Below, piece after piece: positions 1-61,700 of a stretch of 64,000 nucleotides of DNA. The number at the start of each line of letters is the position of its first letter. The first letter of the stretch is position 1. Source of the DNA: Bugula neritina (lineage: Eukaryota > Animalia > Bryozoa); assembly GCA_964035545.1 (NCBI GenBank), contig OZ037767.1, positions 21,964,628 to 22,028,627 on the forward strand. The letters are read 5' to 3'. Under the pieces are notes generated by a model that saw only the letters and a program-made list of their open reading frames with translations, was not told where the DNA came from and ran no database searches. A program made the translations under genes and the position numbers.

Positions 1-303
1 TAACCAGACACCTCCTAACTACAAATGATTAAAAGAAGACGTAATTTACTGTAAAACTGAAATATTCTGGTAATAGTGCTTTTTTTATTTAACGCATTAA
101 ACACAAAAACCCGGTTCAGTTTATTTCCGCGAGGATGCTTCATAGCCTTTATACAAATGTGCCAATGCAGTATAAAATAAGCACCATTAAAATATATGAC
201 CCTGCGTATTTGTATCCAGTATCTTAAAGGCTAATGAATAAAATATTGATAATACTTTTATATGATCAAAGACTAAACATGCATATTGTACACTTTGGCT
301 TAC

Positions 304-47650
<47,347 letters not shown>

Positions 47651-50600
47651 CTAAAACAGAATGTAATTGTAGAACATTTTTCAGCTATTTGCTACTGTGT
47701 ATATTTGACAATACTATGAATGCAAACTGCTATTATAATTTATAATATAGTTATAACAGCCATGGGTAGCTTAAATTTAATCTCAACATATAGTCTATAG
47801 TTACAATAATATTGCATTTATAACTTTTGAATAAAAAATAAATTTGTAAGTAACATTTATAAACACTTCCCCTTTCCATTGCTTGCAAACAATTCAGCAT
47901 AACGCTAACTTTCATTTTTCCCATTAGTTAGGTTAAAGCAGTTATTTTGAATAATAATGTGAAGCAAAACAAGATTGTTTTAAAATTGTGAGACACGGTT
48001 AATACACTCAGAAAAGTTGAGAAAATAACTAATTTTATACTCGTATGTATTTTGTAATCAGTGACCACTTTTCATACCACCGCCCTATGAAATTGAGTAT
48101 CTTAACTTTACCTTTCATGCTGGTTATCTCAATAATCCAATTTTAGTCTATCAAAGGATGCTACACGAATTCTACTAAAATTTTATCAGAATATGTATTT
48201 AAATGAAAATCTCACATTGGATTGCAGTTAGCTGATGTTATGTCTAAGCCAGTTTACATTGGTATATAAAAACTGAATCCAAACATGGTTTCTTATACAT
48301 TAACAATGATCAATACTGACAAATGTATCCTCCTTTTGTTGCTGCTTTTGCGTGTGCTAACACAAAAGAGGGAGGTAATTGAATCAATGACTTACTTTGT
48401 TCAGTGTGACGACATGGCTAGTATTGATTTTCAACAGATAGGATTCAATAGTTACTCGTCACAAAAATTGATCGGCACAAATATTGAACTGAGAGGTGAT
48501 ACACCTAAAAGAACATGATATATACATTTTATGTGCATTTGTCTGCGCATGTGTATGTGAAGACTTGGAAACAAGTTTAAAAGTTAATATAAAAATGTTT
48601 CTGTTTCATGAAATGCATATATTGTTATTACTGGGCACTTGGTCAATATGCTTCAAATTTCTTAAGAAATTTTAAGAAAACTAAATCTATATGTTGTGAA
48701 TTTAGTTCAAACTGCATAAACTATATTACAAATTGATGCTTTTTATTATATATTTTTGTTTGCACAATAATTAATTCATAGGTCAATACTATAATAATTT
48801 GTATAAGCGTTAGCTGACAAACCAGCAAATGCAATATATAAAACTGTTTTTACGCCACAGCAACCACACTAGTTTATATATACTCAGTTTTAAACAAAAA
48901 CTAAGAGAACTGGTAATTTTCAGTAAACTTATAGTTAACTGCTTAAACTCATGATTATTACAAAATTTCGATGAACAGTCCATATATAATCTTTTGTCAT
49001 CTGTTCATAACAATTCTAGTGGGTGATCATTGCTATTATACACAAACTTGCTACCCGAACAGGGCAGAGCAGAGATATAGGAAAGGATAGGATAGGTGAG
49101 GCTTTCTATTTACACAAAGTGAACAAAGGAAAACCAACATGAAACAAAGATTTTCAAAATTCGTATCATCATAATATTATGTAAATGTTTTTTCATTTTC
49201 TTGACAATACTTTAAATAGACAAAAGCTTATACTATCATCACCATACATAAAATGGTAGCATACGTTTTTGCTCAATAAAAAAGTAAGATATACAGTTCC
49301 TCTTACTTATCTCAAACCACAAAAGTTTTGACTAGAGCAGCAGTATCAAGTACATGTTATGCCAAAGGTTCAATTCTTGACAATATGTTTAATTTGGAGA
49401 AATTGCAAGTAAAATGTTTTACTTTGTATGCTCCAAATTTTAATATCAGCAAAAATCTTGCAAATTATATACTGCCTTATAATGTATCAGAAGACTAGCT
49501 ATAAATTCAATGCATGTAACAGAATTAATATATAGCTAAAAATACTTTGGAGAAGAAATATGTAGTGATTTGATGATGCATGAAGGTAAAACTTTCAGTT
49601 CTTATTAATGGTATTTTTCATTCTTTGCTCCCATGTTATTCAGCCTTGAAGACGACAGCTATATAACCATAATAAAAATTTCAATGTAAAGAGAGCTTAC
49701 AACTCCAAGTATCACAAGAAGAGAAGCTGTTGACGTTAATGGGTAAATTGATTATAATAACATTATAATCAATAAATTCATCTCTGTTATCATAACATAT
49801 TTGTACAACTGTTCAATTAATTTTGACACATGAGCAGTAACCTTTGGTTAATAGAACAATGTCACAGAGCGTTATACTTTGCTAAATTTGTTTTAATTCA
49901 GTCTGCATAAAAATGAGCATACACTGCAGTAAAACTAACACTGGTATTAGATAATAGATTCCGTGTAGTAAATTTTAGTGTTTGTACCTTAAACAGTGGC
50001 AAGTCACAAACCTAAAATGTTATACAAGAACTCATTTATCTGCTATGACAGCCAGAACACTCCACAAAACATTAAGAAATTGTTTGTTTAGTTTTGAATA
50101 AATTATAATACTGTATTATAAGCTGTGGGCTAATAAAAGTTTGATGAATAGTTGAGTACAAAGCACCAACTGCAAAATGATGCAAATTATGTGTAAATTT
50201 TTCATAAGATCTGCGATAAACTGGTGAGTTGTTGCGTATACATTAGCATTAGGTTATCTAAGATTAACTGGGTCACATAAGTCTCTGACTATCTATTAAT
50301 AACATTCAAAGAAATTGAGTAGAATGCATCAAGTGTCAGTGAGTGAGGAATTATTAAAATATGTTTAGAACTACTAGAATGGTTGAGTATTAGCTAGTGA
50401 TTGTCCATGACTTTTTGTACTCATTTTTTGCCAAATAACAGAGTTAATGCAATGACCGAAGCTAAGTTCAGGGAAAGAGCTTCGTTAAAATTTACCACTT
50501 AAATATCATAAACATATGTTATGTCAGCATTAATTGCTAGACATTTTTTAAACTAATAAGTTATGCAAGTAATTTACAATTTAGTTTTTTACTTGAAAAT

Positions 50601-50871
50601 GCATTTGGTAATCCTTTTGAAATTAGTTTATGGTTTAAAAGATAGTTAAAAACTTATCCAAAACATAGCAATGCAACTGCTTAATAATTTGACTCTGCAG
50701 CCTGTTCAGCTAAGCACATTGCAGTGTAGGCGTGTATAAAATCTGGCAGTCCTCACCAGTATCCATGGCAACTGCACAAAAAAGGAAGTATCAGAGAGTT
50801 TAGCAACAAGTTGTGTGCTCCTAGAAGTGGGAAGGTGAAGACCTGATATGCAGATGAGGAGTGGCGGTGAA

Positions 50872-51441
50872 AGGCAGCAGTGATAAGGTGAGCTATAGTT
50901 AGTAGACAGCAGTGATAAGGTGAGCTATAGCTAGTAGGCAGCAGTGATAAGGTGAGCTATAGCTAGTAGGCAGCTAGTGACAAGGTGAGGTGTAGCTAAT
51001 AGGCAGCAGTGATAAGGTGAGCTATAGTTAGTAGGCAGCTAGTAGCAAGGTGAGATATAGTTAGTAGGCAGCAGTAACAAGGTGAGGTATAGTTAGTAGG
51101 CAGCAGTAACAAGGTGAGGTATAGTTAGTAGGCAGCAGTAACAAGGTGAGGTATAGTTAGTAGGCAGCAGTAACAAGGTGAGGTATAGTTAGTAGGCAGC
51201 AGTAACAAGGTGAGGTATAGTTAGTAGGCAGCAGTAACAAGGTGAGGTATAGTTAGTAGGCAGCAGTAACAAGGTGAGGTATAGTTAGTAGGCAGCAGTA
51301 ACAAGGTGAGGTATAGTTAGTAGGCAGCAGTAACAAGGTGAGGTATAGTTAGTAGGCAGCAGTAACAAGGTGAGGTATAGTTAGTAGGCAGCAGTAACAA
51401 GGTGAGGTATAGTTAGTAGGCAGCAGTAACAAGGTGAGGTA
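50872..51441. repeat. 32-bp minisatellite (ggcagcagtaacaaggtgaggtatagttagta)n, ~18 copies
   Basis: Directly visible; homogeneous 3' two-thirds, divergent 5' copies. Confidence 0.95.
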
Positions 51442-51855
51442 CAGGTGTAAGATTGGTAAACCTGTTATACCTCCATACCTGTAGCAGTCTCTCTAACCAA
51501 CATATCAACTGTTTCTTGCTGTAGCGAATAGCTATCAGCTTAGTAGAAAATCAGATTGTATAATATATCATTAATAGACAACAGCAACTGCTATATCTTT
51601 ATGGTGAGAAAGTACGAAATTTTTAAAATATCTTCAAGTGTGTGTGTCATTATCATAATTTAAAACCTCCATTAAGATACTCAAAACTGTTCTCAAATGT
51701 TCAACACATAACTTAACTATTTGATGTCTTTTTATTTCATTTTGCAGCAACAGTAGAGTAGAGTACAGTACAGTAGAGTGGAGTACAGTACAGTACAGTT
51801 ACAGTAAGTCCTTAAACTTCTTCTCTTCTACACTTGCTTTAAAGCACTTGTTATG

Positions 51856-52262
51856 CTACACTCCACAACATCACATCGCACCACACTACCCTGCACTACA
51901 TTACACTACACTACACTACATTATACTACACTATACTACACTACACTACAGTACACTACACTTCACCACATTACACTACACTGCACTGCACTACACTACA
52001 ATACACTACACTACACTATACTACACTTCACTACATTACACTACACTGCACTGCACTACACTACAATGCACTATAACCTACACTACACTACACTGCACTA
52101 TAACCTACACTACACTGCACTATAACCTACACTACACTGCACTACACTGCACTAACCTACACTACACTACACCACACCACACCACACCACACCACACCAC
52201 ACCACACCACACTACACTACACTGCATTAAACTACATTACACTACACTACACCATACTACAC
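51856..52262. repeat. (CTACA)n pentanucleotide microsatellite
   Basis: Directly visible; source of the TTLH/YTTL ORFs. Confidence 0.95.
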
Positions 52263-52635
52263 AATAGTTGTTTTAACAGTTTTCTAATCGATATATTATT
52301 GTTTCATGAATGTTCCTTTATATAAAGCTGTCGAACCTCTGATTGAGTGTAATATTACCGTCATAAGTTATAACAAAATTTTCATTTATAAGTCATTTTT
52401 AACAACTTTTTAAGATATGCGCTCACAAATCATATTAGATTATGAGTAATTTCAACTTTTTTATTCAAAAAATAAGAATTATGTCAGAAATCTCCGATCA
52501 TGGTGCTAGACACGTGTCAATGTTTCGAAGTACCACAAGAATTCTAACTAATTTATGCAAAAAGTTAAGATTTATTGCAATCAGTTGTCAATCTAAAGCC
52601 AGTTAACTAGTAGCATATGATAGCAAAATATATTG

Positions 52636-52700
52636 CGCAACCAATCAGTGCTGAGTTTACACCATTCAGTGTCAACAATACAACCAATCACTGCGCACGT
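52636..52700. promoter_or_regulatory. Possible paired CCAAT boxes in the divergent intergenic region
   Basis: caaccaatca occurs twice ~43 bp apart in a locally CpG-richer patch between the head-to-head genes; no TSS data. Confidence 0.25.
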
Positions 52701-55700
52701 ATCATGTGTATGCAGTAGCCTGAAATATAAGCTCTAACTTATATAGTAATAAATGCAGCATTATTATACACAATGTAATTAAAAACTTCAAGTAATCAAT
52801 AAAATATTTCTTTGCCTAAGCCTATGAAACTCATGTTAAACGACTAAGAGAGTGAGTCTAAGTCGTGCCCATTCTTGCATTTAAATGGTTACATTTAAAA
52901 GGCTATTCACACGCGCAGGTATAGCTATGGTTTACTATGTATGGTTACTACACAACGCATGCAGGTAGTATGTAGTACATAGATTGTTAGATTGTTCAAT
53001 GGGCACGATATTGCGATAAACTAGCTTGCTGCATAAGTTTCATTGTACACACAAGTGAATCTATCAAAATAAAAGCTCATTCAGTACTACTCTCATTGTA
53101 ATCACCTTCTTTCAAAGGCAATAAGTCGGTTTGATCTGTCGCTGAAACATTGCATTATCAGGTTAGTACCAGTTTTAGTGTGAGATGTGGCAAAGCTGAC
53201 ACCTTGCTTTGAAGCTAATGGTTGTATGGCTGTAAAGTTCTCATCTTTTCTGAACTAAACTTTAGTCCATCTGTTAATGACAACTGAAAATTTATTTCTA
53301 AAGTTTGGTGTAAGCAAGTGAAAGAAGCTACGAGTATAGATATATTACTATTTATAGATTTTACTGTAATTAAACAGTAGGTAGTGATACTTTATAGTTT
53401 GTTAATACTTATTATATGTAGGTTAGTATGCACATGTTACTGTGTTACTGGACCCTTTCAGCTCATTGATTACACTATATTGAAACTCTATCTAAAAGCT
53501 TGGCTTAGAACCAATGTACATATATGCCTAAGGGCTGAGGTTTTTTTGAAAAGTGTCACAAATGAGCCATCCACATAACAAAGTAAAAACGTAAAAACTA
53601 ATTTTATTAAAGTTTTTATCATACGTCAACATTTTCAGCTAAAGATATGTGCGAATTGTAGCATAAATTTGCAACATAAGAAGTTATTCAATAAAAATAA
53701 CACCAACTTAATATGTTATATAAACTCTAATTGTTTGATTGATCTGCAGAAAACTTAAAACTGTCTAGTAGAAGTTTTACAGCTGCAAGTAAACGGAATT
53801 ATAGGTCACTTTGTGGGACTTATTTTGCTTCTTGGATCTTGAAATTAAAGTATACAACAGTTTCTGTTGTGAGGAGTCTGGGGTTAGAAATTCTATTTAA
53901 TAGAACTGAAATCATGAGCATTTAAGTTTTTATCTTGATTTTTGAATTAGGGATAGCCTGTATTGAAGAGTAGTCATTGTTTGTGCTGGTGTGGAATATG
54001 AAAAGTCCTATTATGGTCAGCATATATATACAGCCCTCTCACTGTTATCAACATCTGTCACACATCATTCTAACATGCTCATCACTATACTATGTGTACA
54101 AATCAATTATTCTTCAACTTTTCCCAACACTGATGTTGCATTGCCATTGTTCTGTAGAAAGTCTACAGGGCAATCAGTGCATATAAAGATACACTGCTTG
54201 TCTTTTGAGACTTCCTTTATAGTTCATGTTTTGTTTTCTCTTCCATCTGCTGGGTTTCTAATATCTATGATCTACAAAATTGCTAGCTGGTGAAGTGATC
54301 TTTCTATAGCAAATAGTAAGAATCAAAGTGTGGGTTTTTATGTTAATCTACTGTATCCGTTTGAGCAGTTAAGTAATTAAAACTGTCCAGGTAGAGTACT
54401 CAATATTTCATAACCACTGATTGCATACTTTACAAGTAGAAATAAATAATTTAACTTTGCTTTGAACACTTTGCTTAGAAAGATCGTGCTTAAGGGTGTG
54501 CCGATGCCTAGATAAGATTGTTTAATGTCTACTCCATAAATTTAATATGGTTAAGTCAAGTCCCACTAAATAGAACCATTAATCAAATACTATCACTACA
54601 AGCTGCTAGCTAGACGACTTTCTCTGACACTCCACAGGCATAATATATTATTCTGCCCATTACTTGTTCACACAAGTTCACTGACTGCAATCCTTAGAAA
54701 TCTTACAAATTTTAAAGTAACAAGTGTGTGTTTTGCTTCACTGTAAGAAATAATGAGCACTGGGTGGACAAGCATAAGATGTATATTCAATTAGCAAATT
54801 TAATTCACTGGAAAATGTTTAAAAGGTCATTAGTCTAACAGCCTAGAGGTGTGTGCACTAAGTGTGTATAATTGAACTTATGATGTTATCCAAACTTTAC
54901 CTTCAGGAAAGCAGTTCTTGGTTCATTCTTATTTGCTTTATTTAAGCAATTCTACCGACTTTAAGCCGTTATTCAATTTTTTAGTTTGCTAATCAGTTTA
55001 CCTTAATTCCACAGTGTAAAAAGCAAAGATTCCAGTAAAAGTCTACCAAGCTTAAAAATACTTAATTTACACAGAATGGTTAGTTAGAAACTAGCAACTA
55101 TAATATTAATAAATCTTTCCAATTTATAGCCAGACAGGATTGAGAGATAAGCATCAGCTTAATTTGCAGTTTTGATTATCTACACTTGAAGCTCAATCAC
55201 TAACTTCATAGCAATGTGGAACTGGGTTTCTTATTTTAAAGACACTTTATTATCTATTTGTTTTTTTTTATTTATAATCATAACTTATTTGCTACTAAGA
55301 AATTTTCCCATCACTGTCTAACTATACAAGATAATACAATTTTATCCTTTCTCACCAGCTCTATAATATGCATTCAGCATTTGATGTATGCAGATTAGTC
55401 CCATCAAATGTAGAAACTGTTGAGAATGATTTTAATAACCTGATTAATTATAGCTTTGCTCATACAGCCACTTTGGGTGGACCAGAAAGTCAGGTTTATT
55501 GATCTCATTTTCTACACACCCTCTTTACCATCTGAACCCACATGGTACTCAATGGCCCAACCCATCAACCCTGTGGCTCACACACCAAGTCTCTTAGCAA
55601 ATAATTGAAAAACTACTTCACTGTTTGGCAGGTCTATCTTAAGGACATGTAGATAACATGAATACTCGCATGCTTAGATAGCAATGTAGCTCTGCAGTAA

Positions 55701-58700
55701 ATTTATACAAGAAGGGTATATGCAGATATAGCGAGTGTAAAAATGCTGTTTATTATAATTCCCAATATATGAATACAATAAATTATAGTCTAGACTTAAT
55801 TTACTGCATTAATTAGAAAAAATTGAAGGATTGATTTGTGTTGACAGTTGTTTGTCACCGAATAGAGATTTATTTTCTGTATACCAAACCAAATAGCTTC
55901 CACGTTGTCAGCTGCTCAACTTTTTATGTATAAGATAGTATATTGCTATGTATGCTACTGCCAGGTTCTGACTGAAACACCCGCACTCTATGCTCATGCA
56001 ATCTAAAACTTGGTCAGTTCAATGATCAAACTCTTAGACCAAGGCCACCACGTAGCCTTTTAATGAGATCTAAAGAAAGTTTTGGCAGTTACACTAACCC
56101 AGTCTAGCAATATTCTAAATATAACTAATATTCCTTCAATCTCCACTGTGAACAGTCCATCATTGTGAGTAATAAAGACAATTTAGTTTTATGCAGTAAG
56201 TTAGTAAGGTTGTGTCTGACTTTGGTCATCAGTAAAATAGTATAGCAATGTAGTTGAACTAAAAGATTCAAAAGTAAAGCTATTATATATAATCTATTCA
56301 AACACTATCAGTTTATTAACAGCTGCTGTTTATTGATTTCATGTATGGCAAGGTGAACCAGGCTACTGTACACATGTCAAAGTACAGCAGGTTGCTGCTT
56401 ATACGTATGACAAGGCGCAGCAGGTTCTTGTATGCATGGCAAGGTGCAGCAGGTTCTTGTATACATAACAAGGTGCATCAGGTTGTTGGCTGACAGATGA
56501 TTTGCAGCAAACTGCCTGAGAAGCATTGTTCAAGTATCAAGATGTGCATAAAGCAAGCTAATAAGTGACCATATTGGCCTTTGTTATGCACTGTACTTCG
56601 ACTTTAGTTTAGCTCATCCAGCATACTTCTTGAACAATATTAGTGAAAAGAATATGCTGTGTATTTCAGGCATAATAGAACCTAAAGCTATGTATATAAT
56701 ATGAGCTACTTGCTACAATAGAAATAATAGCTATTTTCTTGAACTTGTAGTTATATAATTTTCAACAATAATAAGCCTTTATATTCACTTTGAGTTGCAG
56801 CATGTCTTATAAAAACTGTGAAGATTGTAGAAATTTAAATTAAACTAAATGCTCCAATATGGTGAAAGGCTTTTTAAAACCCTCTCACCACTAGACCACA
56901 GCTGCCTTTCCTCAACATCTGCTACTGTTAGTGAATATTTGAAATTAGTTTCCCCTCCATAAGCAAGTTTGAACTTGTTGTTGGAGGATAACTCGTACAC
57001 ATACTCAGATAGCATCTATGATGGAAATATTCTATCATTTAACCATTTGCAAGTATCTTTTGTAAATTTTGCACTTTTAGTCCGTAAATAATAAATTATT
57101 TTGTGCTACGGTAGCAATAAAGTTAAAAATATCAACTAAGGAAGCACTGGCTAACTAAACACAAGGGCATTGACTGTGATCCGTGTTCCAAGAAGAGCCC
57201 TTAGCAATATTAAGAAGGGCGTTCTCTCATAACTGATCTTTTGCCACAGTAGAGAATAAGTCTTTAGTCTACTTTAAAAAGATCATTTCCATCAGAAGTT
57301 CTCACGGGATGACAACTATTCACACACATGAGTATTTTATCAGCTTACAATTATTAACATCTTTTTGATGTGCATGTCCCATGCCATACGCTTATTCACA
57401 TTTCTTATCTACTCTAGCATGTTAATGGTTTATACTGCTGCATTGTTTTACATAGTGGTAATTTATATTCTACAATATAATATTGTACTTCATATTATAT
57501 TGAGCATTATATTTTATATACTACACATTTTATATATAATCTATAGTCTAGACTCTAGACTTTATTCTTATAGTGTACATATGTTATACTTATACACAGT
57601 ACCAGGGCATACATACCATACATACTGTAAAAAAATATAATTCACCAGGAATTGATTGAGTTTTTCAGCTAACTTTGTTGCACTAACAAAATATTTTTCC
57701 ACAAGCACCTTAAAGACATCTGAAGCAAAATGTCATTTTAACCAACTTCCATGTCAAAATGCTTCAGATTATCAATGGTTAAGATAACTTTAAATGAGAA
57801 ATATCCAACATGTTTTTGGTGTTTGCAAGTTGCAGCTTTGTAGTGTCTAGAAGCTGGCTTTTAAATGTATATCTTAAACATCTTAAGATAAAATTGGCAA
57901 ACAGATATTCACAAATCATGAGGACAAAATTAGGAGCTACTCCTGCCAGTTTATTATAATATTCTTCGTATTACCCAAATGTGAAGCAGTAGTTTTAAAA
58001 GTTTGGCAGCTCCAATATTTTAAGATTCTGGTCTCACAACTGGTCAGTGAAAAAAGTGGTTTTTTGCAGTTCTCATTAACTTTCGCTGCTTTTACTGTTT
58101 CCACCACTTAGAACCCCCCATCTTTTACCTGTCTAAGAAGTGTGCTAAATGGAGTGGATAATAACTCATCTGACTTTCTAAGAACCTATAGTAGTTTTGC
58201 CAACACTCAGGCCAATAGGGCATGGCATTACTCCAAGTTTCAGCTAAAACCTGTAAATCCATAATTCCAATTACTAACACACAATGCACCAGCTCTGCCA
58301 GGTAGTGTCGCAACTTTATTAAGAATACATTTGGCAATGTTTTTAATATCCAAAGGCCACCTTCTTTACCAATAAAACTTTTACTCCCAGTGAATATAAT
58401 AGTGATGAGAAATACAGAGATATTTATATATCTTTTGGCAGGGCTCACTTAGTAACATAATATTCGAAAACTGTTTCCATGGTAAAGCCATTCTGCAATC
58501 TCAACTTACTTCTCTCAGAGTAAAAGAATTTACATACAACAGTTGCTTACACTTTGTAACCAATAATATTGCAAAATTAACTGCTTCGTCATACTAGAAA
58601 ATAATATATTTTGATAATTTATCTTTATTGACACATATCTCTAGGCTTAATCCTTCTTATAAAAAGTGATATTGAATTAATTGAATTTTTTTTGTATTTT

Positions 58701-58759
58701 AGTGCAGTCTTATTCTTCAATCTCTCTCTGCACAAGCTTAGCTGCTAGTTATTGCCAAA

Positions 58760-61700
58760 ATGACAACTAAGAAAATCACCAACACTTTTGGCACAGTACA
58801 GTCAGGTCTGGAGTCGGCATGGAACAGGATAGTTATGGGAGTGAGGACAAGGAAGATGCCTAAGACTATAAAAAGGGTCAAAGAGACATTTTCTAAAGGA
58901 ACAAAACATTCAGGTACCTAATGTTCAGATAGAAAGACATTGGTAGGGTATTAATTCACACAGTAGAGTGTGTAGAGGGTAACAAACAGAGTATATGGGT
59001 ATATTGTGTAGACTGTAGAGGGTAACAAATAGGGTATCAGTAAGCACAGTAAATGGTAATATCAATATATACTGTGGAAATAGGTCACCAGAATAAAGGA
59101 AGTAATTTCTTTCAGCAAAAACTGTATAGATTTTTGTTGTTATACAATGATGACTGTGTACAAAAATATATATGTTATGTGTAGAAGTTATAATCTGTAG
59201 CTATTAGATAGTTGTCATTACTTGATATGTAATCAACTATTGCTGTTTGCCTGTCGCTATCACTTATCAAATAACACTTAGTTTGCAGTTATCTTAATAA
59301 TTTGTTTTTGTGTAAGTTGGTACATTTGATACTAAAAAGATGAGCCATCCCATTATAGAAGATGCAGAAAAAGCTTTACTTTACTTGAATTATTTTTCAA
59401 CCTTTCTGTTGAACTGCATATAGTTTGCAGCATGTTATTTGTCTACAGTATATATCTCAATCGCATTATAGTATAATCATGGTTATGCAATAACGTTATA
59501 GCTAAATTATATATATAACATTGTAATTCAGGAAAAAAATTGATGGTTTAGTGGTGATACATTTATATTTATATGAAAAAGAAAATATCCTAATGAAGTT
59601 ACTTTTATACTTAGTTTTCTTTCTGAAATGGCAAGTTTTTAGGCTAGTCTGAAGTCCCCAACAATTTAAGCTTGTCGCACAGTTTAAAAGTGACCTTATT
59701 CAATAGTCTCTTTTCTGAAAAGGTCTGTCTTCTAACTGGGAACAAGAATACAGAGAAAGAGATATGCTGGACCACACAGCCTTCTACTCACAATATATGG
59801 GCAGCACCCTAGTTGAAGAACTAGTAAATCAAGAACCTGGGGCTAATTACTATAATACAGGACAGAGCACTAAAGCCTTAGATAGAATAGTCAGAATGGT
59901 ATGTTAAAAATGGACTAAAAGGAAATATTTACCTAATCTAAGTACAATCTGAATACAATCTGGTGTTACACTGTAGTTAATTCAACTTGAGTGCTCTTGT
60001 TTATAACATAACACTATTTTATGCTTGTAGAGTCGTCATAAAAGCTTAGTTCAAGTGAATATCTTGGTAAATCCATCAGGCATCCAAGTAGTTAAAGGAA
60101 GTGATAAATCTACTTTATTACAAGTTCCCATGGAAAGGTAAGCTAACTCCTAATTTGTTCTCTGAGTGCACATTCAGCATATAATTTTAAAATAAATGTC
60201 AAACTGATATCATGTAGGGAGTTTGGAATATGTTTTGACTAAAAGCAATTATTAGTTAGTTAGAATCCAATTCTATTTGCTTATAGTCAACAATAATATA
60301 TATTATAATTGACAAGAGAAATAAAACTCTAGAGGGATGCTAGTTGATTTATTAAACATTCAGTTCTAATTTTCTTGGAATCTGCAATGTATATTAATAT
60401 AACAAAAGAAATAGCAATTCTAGGATAGTGCAATGAACCATCAGGTGTAAACATGCTATTGGGCATTGAGCTAGCATCTACAGTTCATTGATTGGCTCTA
60501 GATTTCACTCATTTGCTGTATAACCAATCACCCGCTCAGTAGCACATTGTGATGTCCTGACTATCAAATATTTGATCTTGTTACACTGATGTCACTAGAT
60601 TTTAAAACTTGAATAATTTCTAGTTCTAGTAATATTCAATAGCAGTTCCATACTTTAAAGTGAAATTCAACTAGCATGCTATGTTTCATCAACCCTTTTG
60701 TTTTCAGAATAACATTTAGTACAAATGACAGAAAATACAGTAAAGTAACTGCTTTCATAGCAAAAAACAATGTGAATGACACCATGGAGTGTCACGCTTT
60801 TCTGTGCCACAGACAAAAGATGGTGAGTTATCTTCTCCCTGCACTTACCTTTGAGTACTAGTATAATAGTATATAGTACTAGTATAATAGTATATAGTAT
60901 ACTAGTATAATACTGTATAGTACTAGTATATTACTGTATAGTACTAGTATAATACTATACAGTACTAGTATAATACTATACAGTACTAGTATAATACTAT
61001 ATAGTACTAGTATAATATTAGATGGTACTAGTATAATACTATACAGTACTAGTATAATACTATACAGTACTAGTATAATACTATACAGTACTAGTATAAT
61101 ACTATACAGTACTAGTATAATACTAGAGCAGTATAATATTAGATGGTACTAGTATAACACTAGAGCAATATAGTATTAGAAGATACTTGTATAATATTAG
61201 CCACATCATATTAGTTACAGTTACATCATAGTCTTGTTTACCTGGGCATATAAAACTTACTATATCTGATCATAATAAGTGTTGTTTTGTAACTATTTTT
61301 TCTTTTAAGGCCAAAGCCATAGCTGATGCCCTCTCGCTAGCATATGTGCAGCATAAAGAAGCTGCCCTTAAAACTGAGGCTAACAATACCCAACCACCAG
61401 ATACGCAGTTTTCTAAGGGAGATAACTTCAACATTGACAATGATGTCTCCACAGCAAACGGGCACTTAGTAGATTGTGAGAATAATGAAAAGGCCTTGGA
61501 GGTAATTGTATTTACTGACTATGCAAACATTAATATTGCATCAATAATGCTACATTTTATTCACGGCACACAAGCATGTGGTTGAACATCATTTTAGTTC
61601 AGGTGAACAATACTTAAATCTAGCTTTTACTCAATGTGAAAGCGATGTCTCATTCTTTATGCACGAAGCTTCAAAAAGTAATTTCATGCTAATTTTTATT

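Noticed and set aside
48396-49727. Candidate first exons of the giant gene (48396-48504; 49701-49726)
   Set aside because: Splice-like signals exist, but I could not build an ATG-initiated, phase-1-ending exon; they may be UTR exons or chance.
51848-52267. His/Thr-rich ORFs
   Set aside because: (CTACA)n microsatellite.
53977-54293. Overlapping 69-aa and 100-aa ORFs
   Set aside because: No recognisable motifs or convincing splice context.
55359-55493. Exon-like 42-codon ATG ORF upstream of LDLRAP1
   Set aside because: Its phase-0 donor does not join in frame with downstream LDLRAP1 exons, and no homology is recognised.
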